From Eledone cirrhosa (lineage: Eukaryota), in contig OZ024740.1 of assembly GCA_964016885.1 (NCBI GenBank), forward strand, positions 325,562,001-325,626,000: 64,000 nt of DNA. The letters are read 5' to 3'. Below are positions 12,436 through 27,629 of the stretch, in pieces. Made by a program: the position numbers and the translations under genes. Numbering within the stretch: the stretch's first letter is position 1; every line of letters begins with the position of its first letter. The notes beneath the pieces are model-generated. The model made no database searches and was not told where the DNA came from. It was given only the letters and a program-made list of their open reading frames with translations.

Positions 12436-12939
12436 ATGATGATGATGATGATGATATATATACATACACACACATATATATATACATATATATTATGTAT
12501 GTATGTATGCATGCATGTTTATCATTCCAATGAAAACGTATACAATGTAGTTTAGTTTAGCATTATTAACAAGGAAATCTAAGTTTTCATTCCATATCAG
12601 ATACCACAACAAGCCTACTAATAGTTCAGACTTAACTCCTTGAGGAAGTATTTGACTTTAGATGTCCGAGTGTAATATGAACCAATGTGATGTTGTTTAA
12701 GAGACTTTGGCGGTTTGTTTAGCTTACATTGCATGTCAGAGCTACAGAAATCTGCTCTTGTATGTATTATAATGTCTCAGTTATGGATCACTCGTAAATC
12801 ATTTAACTCCTTCTACTTATCGTGTGTTTATCTGGTTACCAAATCCCTCTCCTCTCCGGAGGTTTGATCAAAATAATAATTCACTTTACGTATACTTTTT
12901 GTGTAATACACGCGTACACGCTCACACATACACGTAATA

Positions 12940-13059
12940 ATTTTGTATATGTATGTATGTTTGTCCGTATGTATGTATGTCTGTGTGTATATGTGTATAT
13001 GTATATATGTATGTATGTATGTATGCATGTATGTATGGATGGATGTGTGTATGTGTGTG

Positions 13060-13091
<32 letters not shown>

Positions 13092-13328
13092 TGTATGTAT
13101 GTATGTATGTATGTATGTATGTATGTATGTGTGTATATGTATGTATGTATGTGCGTATGTATGTATGTGCGTATGTATCTAGGTGTGTATGTATGTATGT
13201 ATTATGTATGTTTGCCTATATGTATGAATGTGTGTACGTATGTATGTATGTCCGTATGGATGTGCATATGCATACATACATACATACATACATACATACA
13301 TACATACATACATACATACATACATACA

Positions 13329-13360
<32 letters not shown>
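12940..13360. repeat. (TATG)n tract followed by inverted (CATA)n tract
   Basis: Direct reading. Confidence 0.9.
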
Positions 13361-13469
13361 AATATGAATATATACTTGCACATACACCTATATTGCTTAC
13401 TTGGCGAATACTTGTTGAAGCCATGTTAAACTATTTTCTATCTTTGATAAGTAAGATTTACGACCATTA

Positions 13470-13840
13470 AGCAACAACAACAACAACAACACCCCAACAA
13501 TTATAACTCTAGCAACAGTAAAAATAACAACCCTGACAACAACAATATCAAACAACAATAGCAACACAACAATACACCAACAACAACACCACAACAATAA
13601 ATACAACACAATAACGACTAAAACACAACAACAACAATATCATCAGCACGAAAACAACAACACGAGAGCAACACATCAGCAACCACACAACAACAGTAAT
13701 AAAAACAAAACCATTAGAACAACAACAACACAAAACAATAAGATCAGAACAACATATCAACAACTCAACAGCAACACGCTATCAAACCTTAACACAGCAA
13801 CAACAGCACACCCACAATATGACCAAAAAAATCACCACCG
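13470..13840. repeat. Degenerate (CAA)n low-complexity tract
   Basis: Direct reading. Confidence 0.9.
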
Positions 13841-13841
13841 T

Positions 13842-14176
13842 TCATTTGAAAAAGTACCCGACTTTTAAGATAGGAAAATAAAATTGCGTGTTCGATGAGG
13901 CTCAATTGTTAATCCTTTTTGCAGTTGACTCTTTGTGCTTCCGTGCAATTAGCCAGTGATCCTTCCACTGTTTGAAACTCACCTGTAATGTTTCTACCGG
14001 CATGGCTCGCAGCCTGACAATGCAGTGGGATCGCCAAAAACTACACGTGTGCATGAATTTATGCGGTTCTATCCGGTACACTTCGGTCTCCCTAACGTTA
14101 TTACTTTCCACACTAAAAAATACTTTCCACACTAAAAAATAATGTCGGATACTTTTTTTTTGGCACACCTCAGGTA
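13842..14176. mobile_element. Mariner-type MITE remnant
   Basis: Degenerate TIRs: GAAAAAGTACCCGAC (~13848) versus GTCGGATACTTTTT..GGCACACCTC (14144-14170), then TA. Confidence 0.5.
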
Positions 14177-14387
14177 TATATATACATTTTTTTTTTATAT
14201 TTTTTGTAAAACATACTTTTCCTTAGAAAATACTGAACTAATTTACATAATTACTTTAAATAAATTAATTTTCTAATCAGTAAATGTCTCCAGTGACTGC
14301 TGTAGTGCCTCGGGGTGATACAATGTTTTTTTTAGTTTTTCTGTCTGGAGTTAAGATGAACATATTCCAGTAAAATATCACGTAACA

Positions 14388-15248
14388 TACGAGGGACGAC
14401 TGAAAAATTTCTTCTTCTTCTTCTTCTTCTTCTTCTTCTTCTTCTTCTTCTTCTTCTTCTTCTTCTTCTTCTTCTTCTTCTTCTTCTTCTTCTTCTTCTT
14501 CTTCTTCTTCTTCTTCTTCTTCTTCTTCGCCCACTTTATTCCTGAGAGGGTGGTGTGGGCAGATTCCTCAAACACTCTCTCCGGCAGCTCCTGTTAGAAG
14601 CAACAATCTCTAACTGAACCGGCTGAATCCCCAAGCGAGACCAGCCAAGCTTATGGATGTTATCCAACCATCTTGCTCGGGGTCTATCCCTCGATCTCCT
14701 GCCAATTGGTTTTGCCTGTAGTCCAGCGATTATTTCCTGAGACATTCTAACCATATGTCCATAGTATCAGAGCTGTGATCTCTCAATTCGGAGAATTAGC
14801 AGCTCTACCTGGATATAGATATGCAATAGATATGCAAATAAAATTTTGTCTGTGAAATTTGCGACATGTTCTTATAGTGCTATCCAGGTTTCATGGTCTA
14901 AACACTTTTTCATTTCTTTTTGCAGTTTCTTAAAGTTGGTGTACTCAGGCGTTTTATTAAAAATGGAGAAACTCGATTATCGAGCAATGATCAAGTATCA
15001 ACAGTTGACAGTGCCCAAACATGAAAAAGGATATGGCTGGACAACACTATGCCACAGATGATGACCTCATAAATGGTGTGGACACATACCAGGAGGACCA
15101 AACTAAGGAATTCTACTCCAGCGGGATTCAGGCACTTCAACACCTGTGGAAGAAGTGTGTGGACTCAAAGGGAGATTACGTTGAAAAATAAATCTGTGTA
15201 TATTCTACCGTTACTTGGAAGCTCAAAACGTTTGAGTTGCCACTGGTA
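14388..15248 (+). mobile_element. Internally deleted mariner transposon, interrupted by an RTE fragment
   Basis: TA-CGAGGG left TIR; transposase N-terminus MEKLDYRAMIKY and C-terminus FYSSGIQALQHLWKKCVDSKGDYVEK*; degenerate right TIR ending GGTA. Confidence 0.75.
14410..14812 (-). mobile_element. 5'-truncated RTE-clade LINE 3' end with (GAA)n tail
   Basis: YYGHMVRM...GRRSRDRPRARWLDNI...VASNRSCRR is a typical RTE C-terminus; ~39 GAA units follow. Confidence 0.8.
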
Positions 15249-15353
15249 TGTACGATCATCTCTTTGAAAAAGCGACACTAATATTTCAGCTACCTTGGTG
15301 TAAATCTGTGGCCTACAACTTGGAACATATATAGATAAATATCCTTACGTATG

Positions 15354-15420
<67 letters not shown>

Positions 15421-16179
15421 AAAATTAAATTAAGGGTGTCATGTCAGAGAGACATGCGCCATATGCACTGTAGAATATGTTCCAAGTTTCCAATGAATAG
15501 ATCCGAGCATTTTATATCAACTAGAAATTGATTGACATATATATATATAAAATAAACATATGAAACAATCACAGGGAATAATTTGTAAAAGTGTGTAAGC
15601 ACACATAGCTAGGTAGGTAACTAATTAAAGTTTAACTAGAACTTTAAAAATACCTTATAAATTGATTAATCTTCCTTGTATATATTTCATTAGAGAAATA
15701 TATTTCACCATCAACCGATCGGTAAACCTTAGTAGCCAAATCCCGGATTTTCAACAGGGGAGAATATTTCATTGTCTGTGTTTATACAGCAAATTCAAAT
15801 CTTCGAATGCCTAGCAGCACGTGTTGCATTTTTTTAAAATACACACATCGTACCAGCTTCATCCCAGTGGCGTGAACAGGGTTATCGACAACTAGAAATA
15901 GCAGCCGAGTCCTTTCAACTGAGTTTGCTCTATAATTAAGGGGCTGTATATATATCCAAAATTAAATTAAGGGTGTCATGTCAGAGAGACATGCGCCATA
16001 TCCATAAAGTTCTAGTTAAACTTTAATTAGTTATCTACCTAGCTATGTGTGCTTACACATTTTTACAAATTATTCCCTGTGATTGTTTCATATGTTTATT
16101 TTATATATATATATATATATGTCAATCAATTTCTAGTTTATATATATATATATATATATAAATATTCATGCAACTATTC

Positions 16180-16778
<599 letters not shown>

Positions 16779-16784
16779 AATATA

Positions 16785-16871
<87 letters not shown>

Positions 16872-17277
16872 ATATATATAAACTAGAAATTGATTGACAT
16901 ATATATATATATATATAAAATAAACATATGAAACAATCACAGGGAATAATTTGTAAAAATGTGTAAGCACACATAGCTAGGTAGATAACTAATTAAAGTT
17001 TAACTAGAACTTTATGGATATGGCGCATGTCTCTCTGACATGACACCCTTAATTTAATTTTGGATATATATACAGCCCCTTAATTATAGAGCAAACTCAG
17101 TTGAAAGGACTCGGCTGCTATTTCTAGTTGTCGATAACCCTGTTCACGCCACTGGGATGAAGCTGGTACGATGTGTGTATTTTTAAAAAATGCAACACGT
17201 GCTGCTAGGCATTCGAAGATTTGAATTTGCTGTATAAACACAGACAATGAAATATTCTCCCCTGTTGAAAATCCGAA

Positions 17278-18115
17278 TGCGACCATTACTGTTGGAAGCT
17301 CTCGGATAGTGGGGTTATAAATTTATTTATACTATTATGTAAATTAGTAGGTGTATGTATATGTACTTGTATGTATATATATTTATATGTATATATATCT
17401 GTGTGTGTTTATATATATATGAATATATTCTTTTAATAATATATAGATTTTTTAATAATATATAGATTTCTTAATAATATATAGATCTCAATTTTTAATG
17501 TATAGATCTCAATAATTTAAATGATGAACTAAACATTTAATCATATTTAAACAATGGTTAAAATTCTCCTATTATGTATGTATTTCCATTCACGCTTATT
17601 TATTTATTTACATTTCTATATTCATCCATTAAATATTTATTCTTTCACTTCATCCCAAATGTTAAGATAACTCAACAACTTATCACGTAGAGCTTTCGCT
17701 TTCTCTTTTCTTTTTCCTTTCTCTCTCTCTCTTTTTTCTTATTTTCTTCTTAGAGGTTTGCTCTTTTTCTCTTTTTTCTCTTTTTTTTTATATCTCTCTC
17801 TTTTTTTTCTCTCTCTTGTCTTTCTCTCTCTCTCTCTTTCTTCGTAACTCAACGGCTTATTTAAATCTACTCTGATTTAAAAATATCCAATACTAATTTA
17901 CATAATAGTATAAATAAATTTATAACTCCACTATCCGGGAGCTTCCAACAGTAATGGTCGCACTCTTTAAGGGTATGTCAATATTTATTTATAAAACTGC
18001 TCTATATTATATTTTATCTGATGAAAGCACACCATAATTTAACTTGGTGTCCTTAAAATATGTATAAAGAAATAAATATGGTTTTATAAATATAGTTTCC
18101 ATTTGTTAATATATC

Positions 18116-18118
<3 letters not shown>
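17278..18118 (+). mobile_element. Family B PLE-like terminal element with an inverted 5' segment and a degenerate hammerhead at 18010-18074
   Basis: 17278-17350 is inverted at 17890-17962; TATTTTAT-CTGATGA-hairpin-AAAA(for GAAA)-TATGTATA; homologous to 42866-43081, 44973-45085 and 49205-49395. Confidence 0.6.
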
Positions 18119-18182
<64 letters not shown>

Positions 18183-18229
18183 TATATATATACATACGTA
18201 AGATTATTTATCTATATATATTTATATAT

Positions 18230-18378
18230 TAGAAAGACTCGGAGCCCGATGGCTTAGCTTTTGCAGCTTCAACAGCTAGATCCAGACTTATTATAATATA
18301 GTCACACTCTACTATCCTAAGTATCGAGTACTCTGTTGAATAATGGCCTTATTAGTTTTATACCGGTTTAATCCTGAT
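18230..18378. mobile_element. Old, diverged family A-like element
   Basis: CACTCTACTATCCTAAGTATCGAGTACT matches the family A tail. Confidence 0.5.
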
Positions 18379-18387
18379 ATATATATA

Positions 18388-18880
<493 letters not shown>

Positions 18881-18884
18881 TATA

Positions 18885-21800
18885 AGCTTTACTTCCTGGC
18901 CGGAAGGTAAGACCCACCGACGTAAAAGATGGCAAACGCATTACTGCGGAGAATAGACAGCAACACCCGCTGCATCAGATATTCCACTTAACGTGGACGC
19001 TTTCCTCGCGTGCCTTGTCCTCCTCCCGATTTGGTGGAGCAAAACAGCAGTCTGGGGACCAAAGACACCAGAGCTGATTGACGAAATATACTGGATATAT
19101 GTTATGTTGTCTCTCGCAAACAACATTCCTTCACAGGCATAATTATTTCTCTCTATTCTGTCTTTCTGATTATCTATCTATCACAAACACCAACACAAGC
19201 GACGCGAACAGCACAAACAAAAACACCTCCTCCTGCAAACAAAACACCTACTACAAAACGTAACACACACACAAGAACCACAGACAAAAAGCAACACAAC
19301 ACAACAAAAATGTTATACCTACATAAATACTAAGAATAAAACTTTAACAGACACCATATATAAAAAACCCTTCGGTCTCCACCGAAGGGAAAACTTTTAC
19401 ACACTCTGCGGAGAATCCTAATCTTAAAATGATTAGGACCTCCATGGACACACATAAACAGTTAAAAGAAAAATTTCCTAACGACGTAGGTAACCCCGGC
19501 GTCAAACCCTACAATCGAGTCCTGTTAAAATGTTTCCCCACCCCCACTCCCATCCCACCAGACACCCCCTTCCCACCAAACATCTCCGTCCCCACCCCGC
19601 CAGAGACCACCACCCCACCAAACAACCCCTCTAACACCCTCATGAAAATTGTGCAGCCTGGTCCCCTTTTCCTCTTCTTTTAACTTTTCAGCACCAACAT
19701 GGCCAATATAAGAGTTGGATGTGTGAATGTGTGAATGTACGCGGCTTGGGGATGCCATGGAAACAGGGCTAACTCTTAAACGACCTCAGGTCGCACAGTA
19801 TGGATGTAGTAGCCATTTGCGAGTCGAGGATCCACAGCGAGCGACAACTGGCCTCCATCTTCGAGGACTTTGAGATCTACGCATCTCTCTGTCAGCCGGG
19901 AGGTGGCGGTGGGGTTGCCGTTTTGCTGCGGAAACACCTGGACCTCGTAACACAGACAGTACATCTGGACCCGGAGGGTTGACTGGTGGTCCTAGGCGTT
20001 GACGGTAGTGAAGGTGGAGCCTTCAGGCTGGTGGCCGCATATCCAGGACACCGCGGCCAGACTTCTTCAAATGTCTAGAGTCTTTTCTGGGAACGTCCCG
20101 CTCCCTACTGTTTGTGGAGGACTGGAACGGAATCCTAGATGCACGTTGGGACTATGTGGGAGCATGTCCCGATAGAGGGGGGGTTTAACAGCCTCAAACA
20201 GTTAATCGGCCGATTTAACCTGGCCGCTAGATATCGACTAGATTTTCCGACTGCCACTGTGGACTAATCGCAGCGGAACATCTAGATCGTACCTAGATAG
20301 GGTTCTAGTTAGAAAGAAGGATAGGGACATGTTAAGCTGTCCACAAATGTTCATGGTTGCCTATTCAGATCACAAATTAGTGACCTGCTTAGTCAACCTT
20401 AACAAAACCCATAGACAGGGACCCGGCTACTGGAAGCTGAACTTGTCGTTACCGACATGCAAAGCCTAGACGGATTAGCACTTTAGTTAAGCAGCACTTG
20501 ACGGGGGCCATTGTCAACAACAGATGGTGGTACTCTCTCAAGAGGGCAGTTAGATTAAACTCGATAGGTTTTAGTAAAGAATTAGTGTTAGATAGAACTA
20601 AAACCGAAAAGGAACTGGTAGATAAAGTAGAAGAGGCACTTAGGAGTGGCAACGTAGCCAGCGTGCTAGCGACGAGAACGGCCTTGGACCAGTTCTTCGA
20701 CACAAAGCATGAAGGCTGCGTTGTCAGAAGCAAAATACATGCTCTGGGAAACGAGGGAGCCAAAGCGATTAGCTGGGCCCGAGTGACGGAGGCGAAAAGT
20801 GGCAACAAGTCCACGATTCGGTCTTTGAAGGACCAAGACGGACCGGACGCGTGATACGTGAGCCGAAGCAGATGTGCGCGGCCTTTCAGCGGCACTTTGC
20901 TCAACTGTTCGGGCAGGGCGGCGCGCCGGAAGGGGCTATGGATTTCGGTCCATACCTCGACGGCCTACCACGACTCTCAGAAAGGGAGGCGAAGTTCTGC
21001 GAAAGGCCGATTTCGACCGCTGAGATAGGGGACGCGCTGAGCCAATGCGGCAAACGCAAATCTCCAGACGGTCTACCCTACGAATTTTATGTAGCAATGC
21101 CGGACTTGTTCTCCGGTCTCCTGGAAGCGGTCTACTGCAACTGGCAACAGAACAGGAGAATTCCCAGTTCTGTGACCAAAGGCGTAGTCAGGAAGGACAA
21201 GAATAAGGGGGATTACATAGGCAACTTCCGGTCCATAACTCTGCTAAACACGGAGTTACAGATTTTGGCCAAGGTGTTGGCAAAGAGGCTGGCGCTTGTC
21301 GTCGAAAACCTCGTGGGAGAAGCGCATACATGCACAATCCCAACCAGGTCCATACACGACAACTCCACCTCATGCGATACATCATAGAGAGGGTAGGGTG
21401 TAAACCCGGCTTAGGTGGGGCCCTGATTAACTTGGATCAGCTTTCGATAGGGTTGACCATCGTTACCTGGATGCGGTGCTTGAAGTGGCAGGCTTCGGAC
21501 CCTGTTCAGGGGCTGGATTGCTGCAATGCATAGCAGCAACATCTGCTCAAGGGTCAAGGTGAACGGCTACCTCTCGGAGCCGTTCCATATCATGCTATCC
21601 ATCCGACAGGGATGCCCTCTCTCCTCCCTTCTGTACGTACTGACTCTCGAGCCACTACTTCGGAAGTTGGAGCTATTGCAGGGCATCCCTTTGGAACAGG
21701 GACTGCGAAAAGCGGCGTCGGCGTACGCCGACGTCGTGACAGTAATGGTGTCGATCACCTCGCAAATCGGGGAGGTCAGCACCTTACTGGAGGAATACGA

Positions 21801-23323
21801 AAGGTTCACAGGAGCGAAGCTTAACCGGGACAAATCCGTCGGTTTGCAACTCGGAACGTGGAGAGGCAAACCGATGCCTTCCGATGGCGTCGTCGGACGC
21901 TGGACGGAAGGACCCGTAAAGCTGCTCGGGGTCTGGTTTGGTCCGGACCTCCAACTGGAGAAGAACTGGAACGAGGTGACGGCCAAGGTGTTTGCGCTCA
22001 CCCAGAAGTGGGCCGAGTGCAAACTATCCTTGAAAGGTCGAGCGGAGGTGGCGAACATTTTTATAGCGTCTGTCATCTACTACCGCTTGACCGTCGTGCC
22101 TTGTCCAGCCAAAACGCTCACCAAAATGGAGCGCGCGCTCTTCCAATTCCTTTGGAAGAAACGGGCTCCTTTGCTGAGAAGATCCATCTGCTGCCAACAC
22201 CCTTCAAACGGAAGGCTGGGGATGCCGTGACTGACGATGCGCAAACACGCGCTCAGGCTGCGTCACCTCCACGTATTCCTCAACGGACAACCGGTGTGAG
22301 CCCCGTTCGCGAGGTGAGCCCTCCCACGAATCGTCTCGCTGACCGAGCTGCAGTCCTGGGTCAAGCAAATACCGAGAAAAATGGGCGACTGGCACATCGA
22401 ATGTGCTCAGGTGCTCACAGTCCTCTGGCAAACGGACCCGGCGATCAGTGGAGACTCCACTTCGACATTCTATAGAGAGTTGGTCCGCAGCAAGTGCGAC
22501 GACGCGCTCGGAAAAACTCTAGGCGTAGAGGAGGACGAACTGGCCAGTCTGTTCGGTAGGACCTTCCACCCGGGACCAATGGACAACTACCAAAAGTCCC
22601 TGGCCTGGCATTGCTACCGAGGAGCTCTACCAGTTCGAGACAAGCGCTACAGACACGGGTGCCCGGGCAGGGACCCTTCGAAAAAGATCTGTCCGAGATG
22701 CATGCGTGACGAGGAAACCGTCGCGCACGCATTTGTACACTGCCCGGGCGTTACCGACCTGTGGGGCTATGTAGAATGACTATTGTCGTGGGTGAGACCA
22801 ATCCAGTTGACCACCGAGTCCATTGTCATGATCAAACCGCCACCCTCCTTCAAACACGAGGGAAAGGCGTTTTTCCTATGTGTTATGGCTATGGTGAAAG
22901 AGGTTATATGGTGGACGAGGTTAAAAGGGCTGAGGTCAGATACCTTTCTCTCCGGCAAGCAACTGATTCGTTTTTTCAAATATCACTTTGGAAGAAGAAT
23001 CAGGATGGAGAGAGAGGTGCTGAACCCCAGCAAATTTTATAAAAGGTGGGTGAATGTGGCAAAGATGGCCCGAGTGGTTGGGCCTTCTCTCTATATAAGC
23101 CTGTAGGTTGAGAAAAAAGAGGAAGAGAGGAAGGGAGTACTCACTCTTGGTGTTCCTGGAGATGAGGGTTGTGCATTTTTTCGGGTGTGTACCGCCTCCC
23201 CCTATTGGGGATTTCAATTGTTGTTTGTTATTTTATTAATAGTTTTATTTTCATATACCTGTATGTAAACTCCCCATTTGTATTTGTCCCCTTCTTTCGT
23301 GCCCTTGTGGCTAATAAAGAAAT
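18885..23323 (+). mobile_element. Tx1/L1-clade LINE, near full length, frameshifted
   Basis: ORF2 from ~19699: APE motifs (VGCVNV/RGL, GGVAVLL, GDWN, YLDRV, SDHK, GPGYWKLN), RT (RQGCPLS, YADV) and C-terminal CxxC..ETxxHxxxxC; ends AATAAAGAAAT plus (TCTA)n. The region 18885-19690 is only tentatively 5' UTR/ORF1 remnant. Confidence 0.85.
19699..23105 (+). pseudogene. Tx1 ORF2 (endonuclease, RT, zinc finger), disrupted
   Basis: Fragments 19800-19982, 20498-20854, 20851-21387, 21526-22230, 22381-22779 and 22783-23106 are colinear with ORF 28060-30570. Confidence 0.9.
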
Positions 23324-23381
23324 TTATCTATCTTCTATCTGTCTATCTATCTCTTTCTCTCCCTCACACACTCTCTCTCTT

Positions 23382-23438
<57 letters not shown>

Positions 23439-23671
23439 GTTTCATACTGTTGGTAATCATAGAATTGGAAAGCGAGTGCTAAACTCTGATGATTACCAAC
23501 AGTATGAAACAGATCTGTCAGCTTATCTCCCTTTGTTTGTTGAAAAAAGAAGTAAGTGACATAGTCACTTTTTTTAAATAATAGCGCAAGGTCTTCAAAA
23601 TGCTTTTACTTAAGCATACAGTATATTGCCAAATATACTATATATACATTCATATATATATATATATATAT

Positions 23672-24045
23672 ATACAAGTTAATATAAATTAATATATGAT
23701 AAACACATAAGTGTTTGTATTGTAAAGACCAAGTTAGCTAGAATGAAATAAACTAATTCAAATAAATATAGTTTGACTGTCTCGATTTAAAATAATAAAT
23801 CAATAAAAACAAACCCATATTGGCAAAACCGTGCCAATATAGGTTTGTTTTTATTGATTTATTATTTTAAATCGAGACAGCCAAACTATATTTATTTGAA
23901 TTAGTTTATTTCATTCTAGCTAACTTGGTCTTTACAATACAAACACTTATGTGTTTATCATATATTAATATATATTAACTTGTATTTCACGGCTCAGAAA
24001 TGCTTCTTTCTTTGAGCTAATTAATTGTAAAGGAGTGTATAATAT
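23672..24045. repeat. AT-rich ~154-bp-arm palindrome plus tail (family G)
   Basis: Arms 23672-23825 and 23832-23985 with few mismatches, loop AAACCG, (TA)n flanks. Confidence 0.9.
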
Positions 24046-24074
24046 AATATATATATATATAATATATAAATATA

Positions 24075-24124
<50 letters not shown>

Positions 24125-24243
24125 TACACACACACATATACATATATATATATATATATCTTTCTGTCTGTCTATGCGTCCCTCTGTTCAACCGTCTGTT
24201 TGTCTATCTGTCTGCCTATATATCTTATCAATCCATCCATCCA

Positions 24244-24288
<45 letters not shown>

Positions 24289-24401
24289 CTCTATCTATCT
24301 ATCTATCTATCTATCCATCTATCTGCCTGTCTGTCTATCTATCTGTTTGTCTATATGTCTATCTGTCTGTCTATTTATTCATCTATCTATCTATCTCTCT
24401 A

Positions 24402-24566
<165 letters not shown>

Positions 24567-24655
24567 GATTCTACAGGACTAGAACTGTTTCGTTCTATGT
24601 ATTGAGTACCTTACTTACTGTGGTTACCTCCGATTCAACCCGGAATAACTTACCT
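24567..24655. mobile_element. Collapsed family C mini-element
   Basis: TTCTACAGGACTAG..CTGTTTC joined to ATGTATTGAGTACCTTACTTACTGTGGTT, as at 43606-43802. Confidence 0.7.
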
Positions 24656-24691
24656 ATATATATCTATATATATATATGTATATATATATAT

Positions 24692-24810
24692 TGTGAAAAA
24701 TAGACGGGAACAAAACAGAGAGGCAGTACGAACAAAGGTTTATTAGTTTCACGCTCTTGAGAGTGGGGGGAGAACGACGTTTCGGGCATAAGCCCTCTTC
24801 AGGCGAAAAG
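24692..24810 (-). mobile_element. Family I mini-element with hammerhead core
   Basis: Minus strand 24802-24773 reads CUGAAGA-GGGC-UUAU-GCCC-GAAAC-GUC-GUU. Confidence 0.65.
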
Positions 24811-25097
24811 TGTGTGGGAAGCGAGTTCGGAGGGTGTGTAGGGAGTGGGGGAGAGACATTTAGAAAGGGGGGGGGTGGAAGGGGTACAAATAAAAATAAT
24901 ATAAAAAATAAAAATAAAAATAAACATGAAGATAAACAAGTGGTTGAAGGGTGTGGGCGTGTAGGGTGTGGTGTGTGTGGAGTGGGGAGAGGGCGGCATA
25001 TATATCTGTCTGTCTGTCTGTATATCTGTCTGCCTGTCTTTCTGTCCATCTATCTATCTATCTATCTATTTATCTATCTATCTATCTGTCTGTCTGT

Positions 25098-25917
25098 TAC
25101 ACCCTTGGAGAGTCGCTGGACATGGAAGAAGACGAACTGGCCAGCCTGTTCGGTAGGACTTTCGGCCCAGGACCAATGGACAACTCCAGAAGTCACTGGC
25201 CTGGCAGTGCTACCGGGGGGCTCTACCCGTTCGAGAGAGGCTCTACAGACACGGGCGCCCGGGCAGGGATCCCTCAAAAAAGATTTGCCCTAGATGCGTG
25301 CGTCACGAAGAAACCGTTGCGCACGCATTGGTGCAATGTCCGGGCGTGGCTGATCTGTGGGGCTACGCCAAACGACTGCTGTCGCGGGTGGCGCCGATTA
25401 AATTGACCGCCGAGTCCGTGATGACAATCAAACCGCCTCCCCTCTTCACAAAGGAAGCAAAGGCGGTTTTTCTGTGCGTAATAGCCATGTTGAAAGAGGT
25501 TGTTTGGTGGACACGATTGAAAGGTCTGAGGTCAGGCAACTTCCTCTCTGGCCATAGTCTGGTCTACTTCTTCCGATATCACTTCGGAAGAAGGATAAGA
25601 ATGGAGAGAGAGGTGCGTGGCCACAGGCAGTTTTATGAAAGGTGGGTGATAGTAGCGAGAATGGCTCGTGTAAATGGGCCTTCTCTGTATACCATCCTGT
25701 AGGTAAAGAAGTAAAGGAGAGGGGAGCACCTTCTCCATGTGCTCCCCGGTAAAGGATTGCACACTTTTTCGGGGGGTGTGGCAACCCCCATCACGTCCCC
25801 TCCCTTTTGAGGTTATTTTCGATTATTTTCATGTTACACCCTTTTTACTCGATTATATGTAAACTCCCCCTTTGTATTTGTCCCTTCTTTTTATGCCTTT
25901 ATGGTAAATAAAGAAAT
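25098..25917 (+). mobile_element. 5'-truncated Tx1 copy
   Basis: ORF2 C-terminus (EETVAHALVQC...WWTRLKGL...FYERW) and 3' UTR, inserted in (TCTA/TCTG)n. Confidence 0.9.
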
Positions 25918-26440
25918 CTATCTATCTGTCTGTCTGTGTGTGTGTGTTTGTCTTGTCTTTCTGTTCACTGATCCAACCTCCATATTTCTCTCATTAAACA
26001 ACACTTCATGAATCATAAACATACACACAAACATTTAATATCACACCTCTCTCCACCAGCACCAATAAGCCAACGAACCAGCCCCTGTAGTATGGTGGGG
26101 GGGGGCTGGAGTTGGGGGACCTTGGCAGAGTGGTGTGGTGGTGTGTATTGTGGTCTGGGGTGAAGTGGTGTGCTGGGATATGGTGTAGCGTGGGTGTGGA
26201 GTGGTGGAGTGTAGTTGGAGTGGTGTGGAGTTGTGGTGTGGCTGGCTGAAGATCCCTTTGACTTCCTTCATCCAACCGTTTCCAATTTGAAGTTACAATA
26301 CCATGAGAAAGAAAGGCAATACGAGAGAGAAGAGAGTTATAAGGAGGGAGAGATATAGACAGGGGGGGAGGGATAGAGACTGAGAGAGAGATAGAGACAG
26401 GGGGATAGAAATATTAAGAGAGAAAACATAGAAAGAGAGA

Positions 26441-26720
26441 GAGATAGAGGGAGATGGAGAGATAGAGACAGAGGGAGAGATATAGAGACAAATGGAGACA
26501 TAGAGACAAAGGAAGAGGGAGAGATAGAGGGAGTGGGAGAGATAGTGACAGAGGGAGAGATATAGAGACAAATGGAGACATAGAGACAAAGGAAGAGGGA
26601 GAGATAGAGGGATATGGAGAGATAGTGACAGAGGGAGAGATATAGAGACAAATGGAGACATAGAGACAAAGGAAGAGGGAGAGATAGAGGGAGTGGGAGA
26701 GATAGAGACAGAGTGAGAGA
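26441..26720. repeat. 80-bp purine-rich minisatellite, ~3.5 copies
   Basis: Units start at 26441, 26521, 26601 and 26681. Confidence 0.85.
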
Positions 26721-27141
26721 TAGAGACTGAGGGAGAGAGATATTAACAGAGAAACACAGAAAGAGGGAGAGAGAGAGAGAGATAGAGAGAGGCAGAGGGA
26801 GAGATAGAAAGTGAGGGAGAGTGACATTAATAGATAAGCATATAGAGAAATAGAAAGAGGAAGAGAGAGAGAAAGGGAGAGAGAGAGTAATAGACAGAGT
26901 AAATGTAACGGAGAGTGATTGTGTTGCACGGTCGGTGGTTGCGGCTGTATTGGTGAAGCTCTTCTGGGAAATCAAATTACACAGAAAACATATTTATAAA
27001 ATTATGGCGGGAAAAAGAATGTCTTGAAAGTGGGGGGAGGGCAGGGATAAAGAAATAATAAAATACAGGTCTTTGAGATAGAGAAAGAAAAAGCGGAAAA
27101 GAGAGGGGAACGAGCATGTGTATATATATATATATATTTGT

Positions 27142-27222
<81 letters not shown>

Positions 27223-27229
27223 GAGAGAG

Positions 27230-27612
27230 ATTTCTTTATTTGCCACAAGGGCGGTAAAAGATGGGGACAAATACAAATACATACATATAGTGGGGAGTTT
27301 ACATATAGGCGTGTAAAGGAAAAAAGAATTAATAACAATAATATTAAATTTAACAATCGAAATTCCCAATGGGGGAGGCGTTACACATGGGTTGTACACA
27401 CCCCGAAAAAATGTACAACCCTCATTTCCAGGAGCACGAAGAATGAGCGCTTCCTTCCTCTCTTCCTCCTTTTCCTCAACCTACAGGTTTATATAGAGAG
27501 AAGGCCCAACCACTCGGGCCATCCTTGCCACATTCACCCACCTTTCGTAAAATTTGCTGGGTTGCAGCGCCTCTCTCTCCACCTTGATTCTTCTTCTAAA
27601 ATGATATTTGAA
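27230..27612 (-). mobile_element. Tx1 3' end fragment
   Basis: FKYHFRRRIKVEREAL...GPSLYINL plus 3' UTR ending in (TC)n. Confidence 0.9.
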
Positions 27613-27629
27613 GAGAGATATATAGATAT

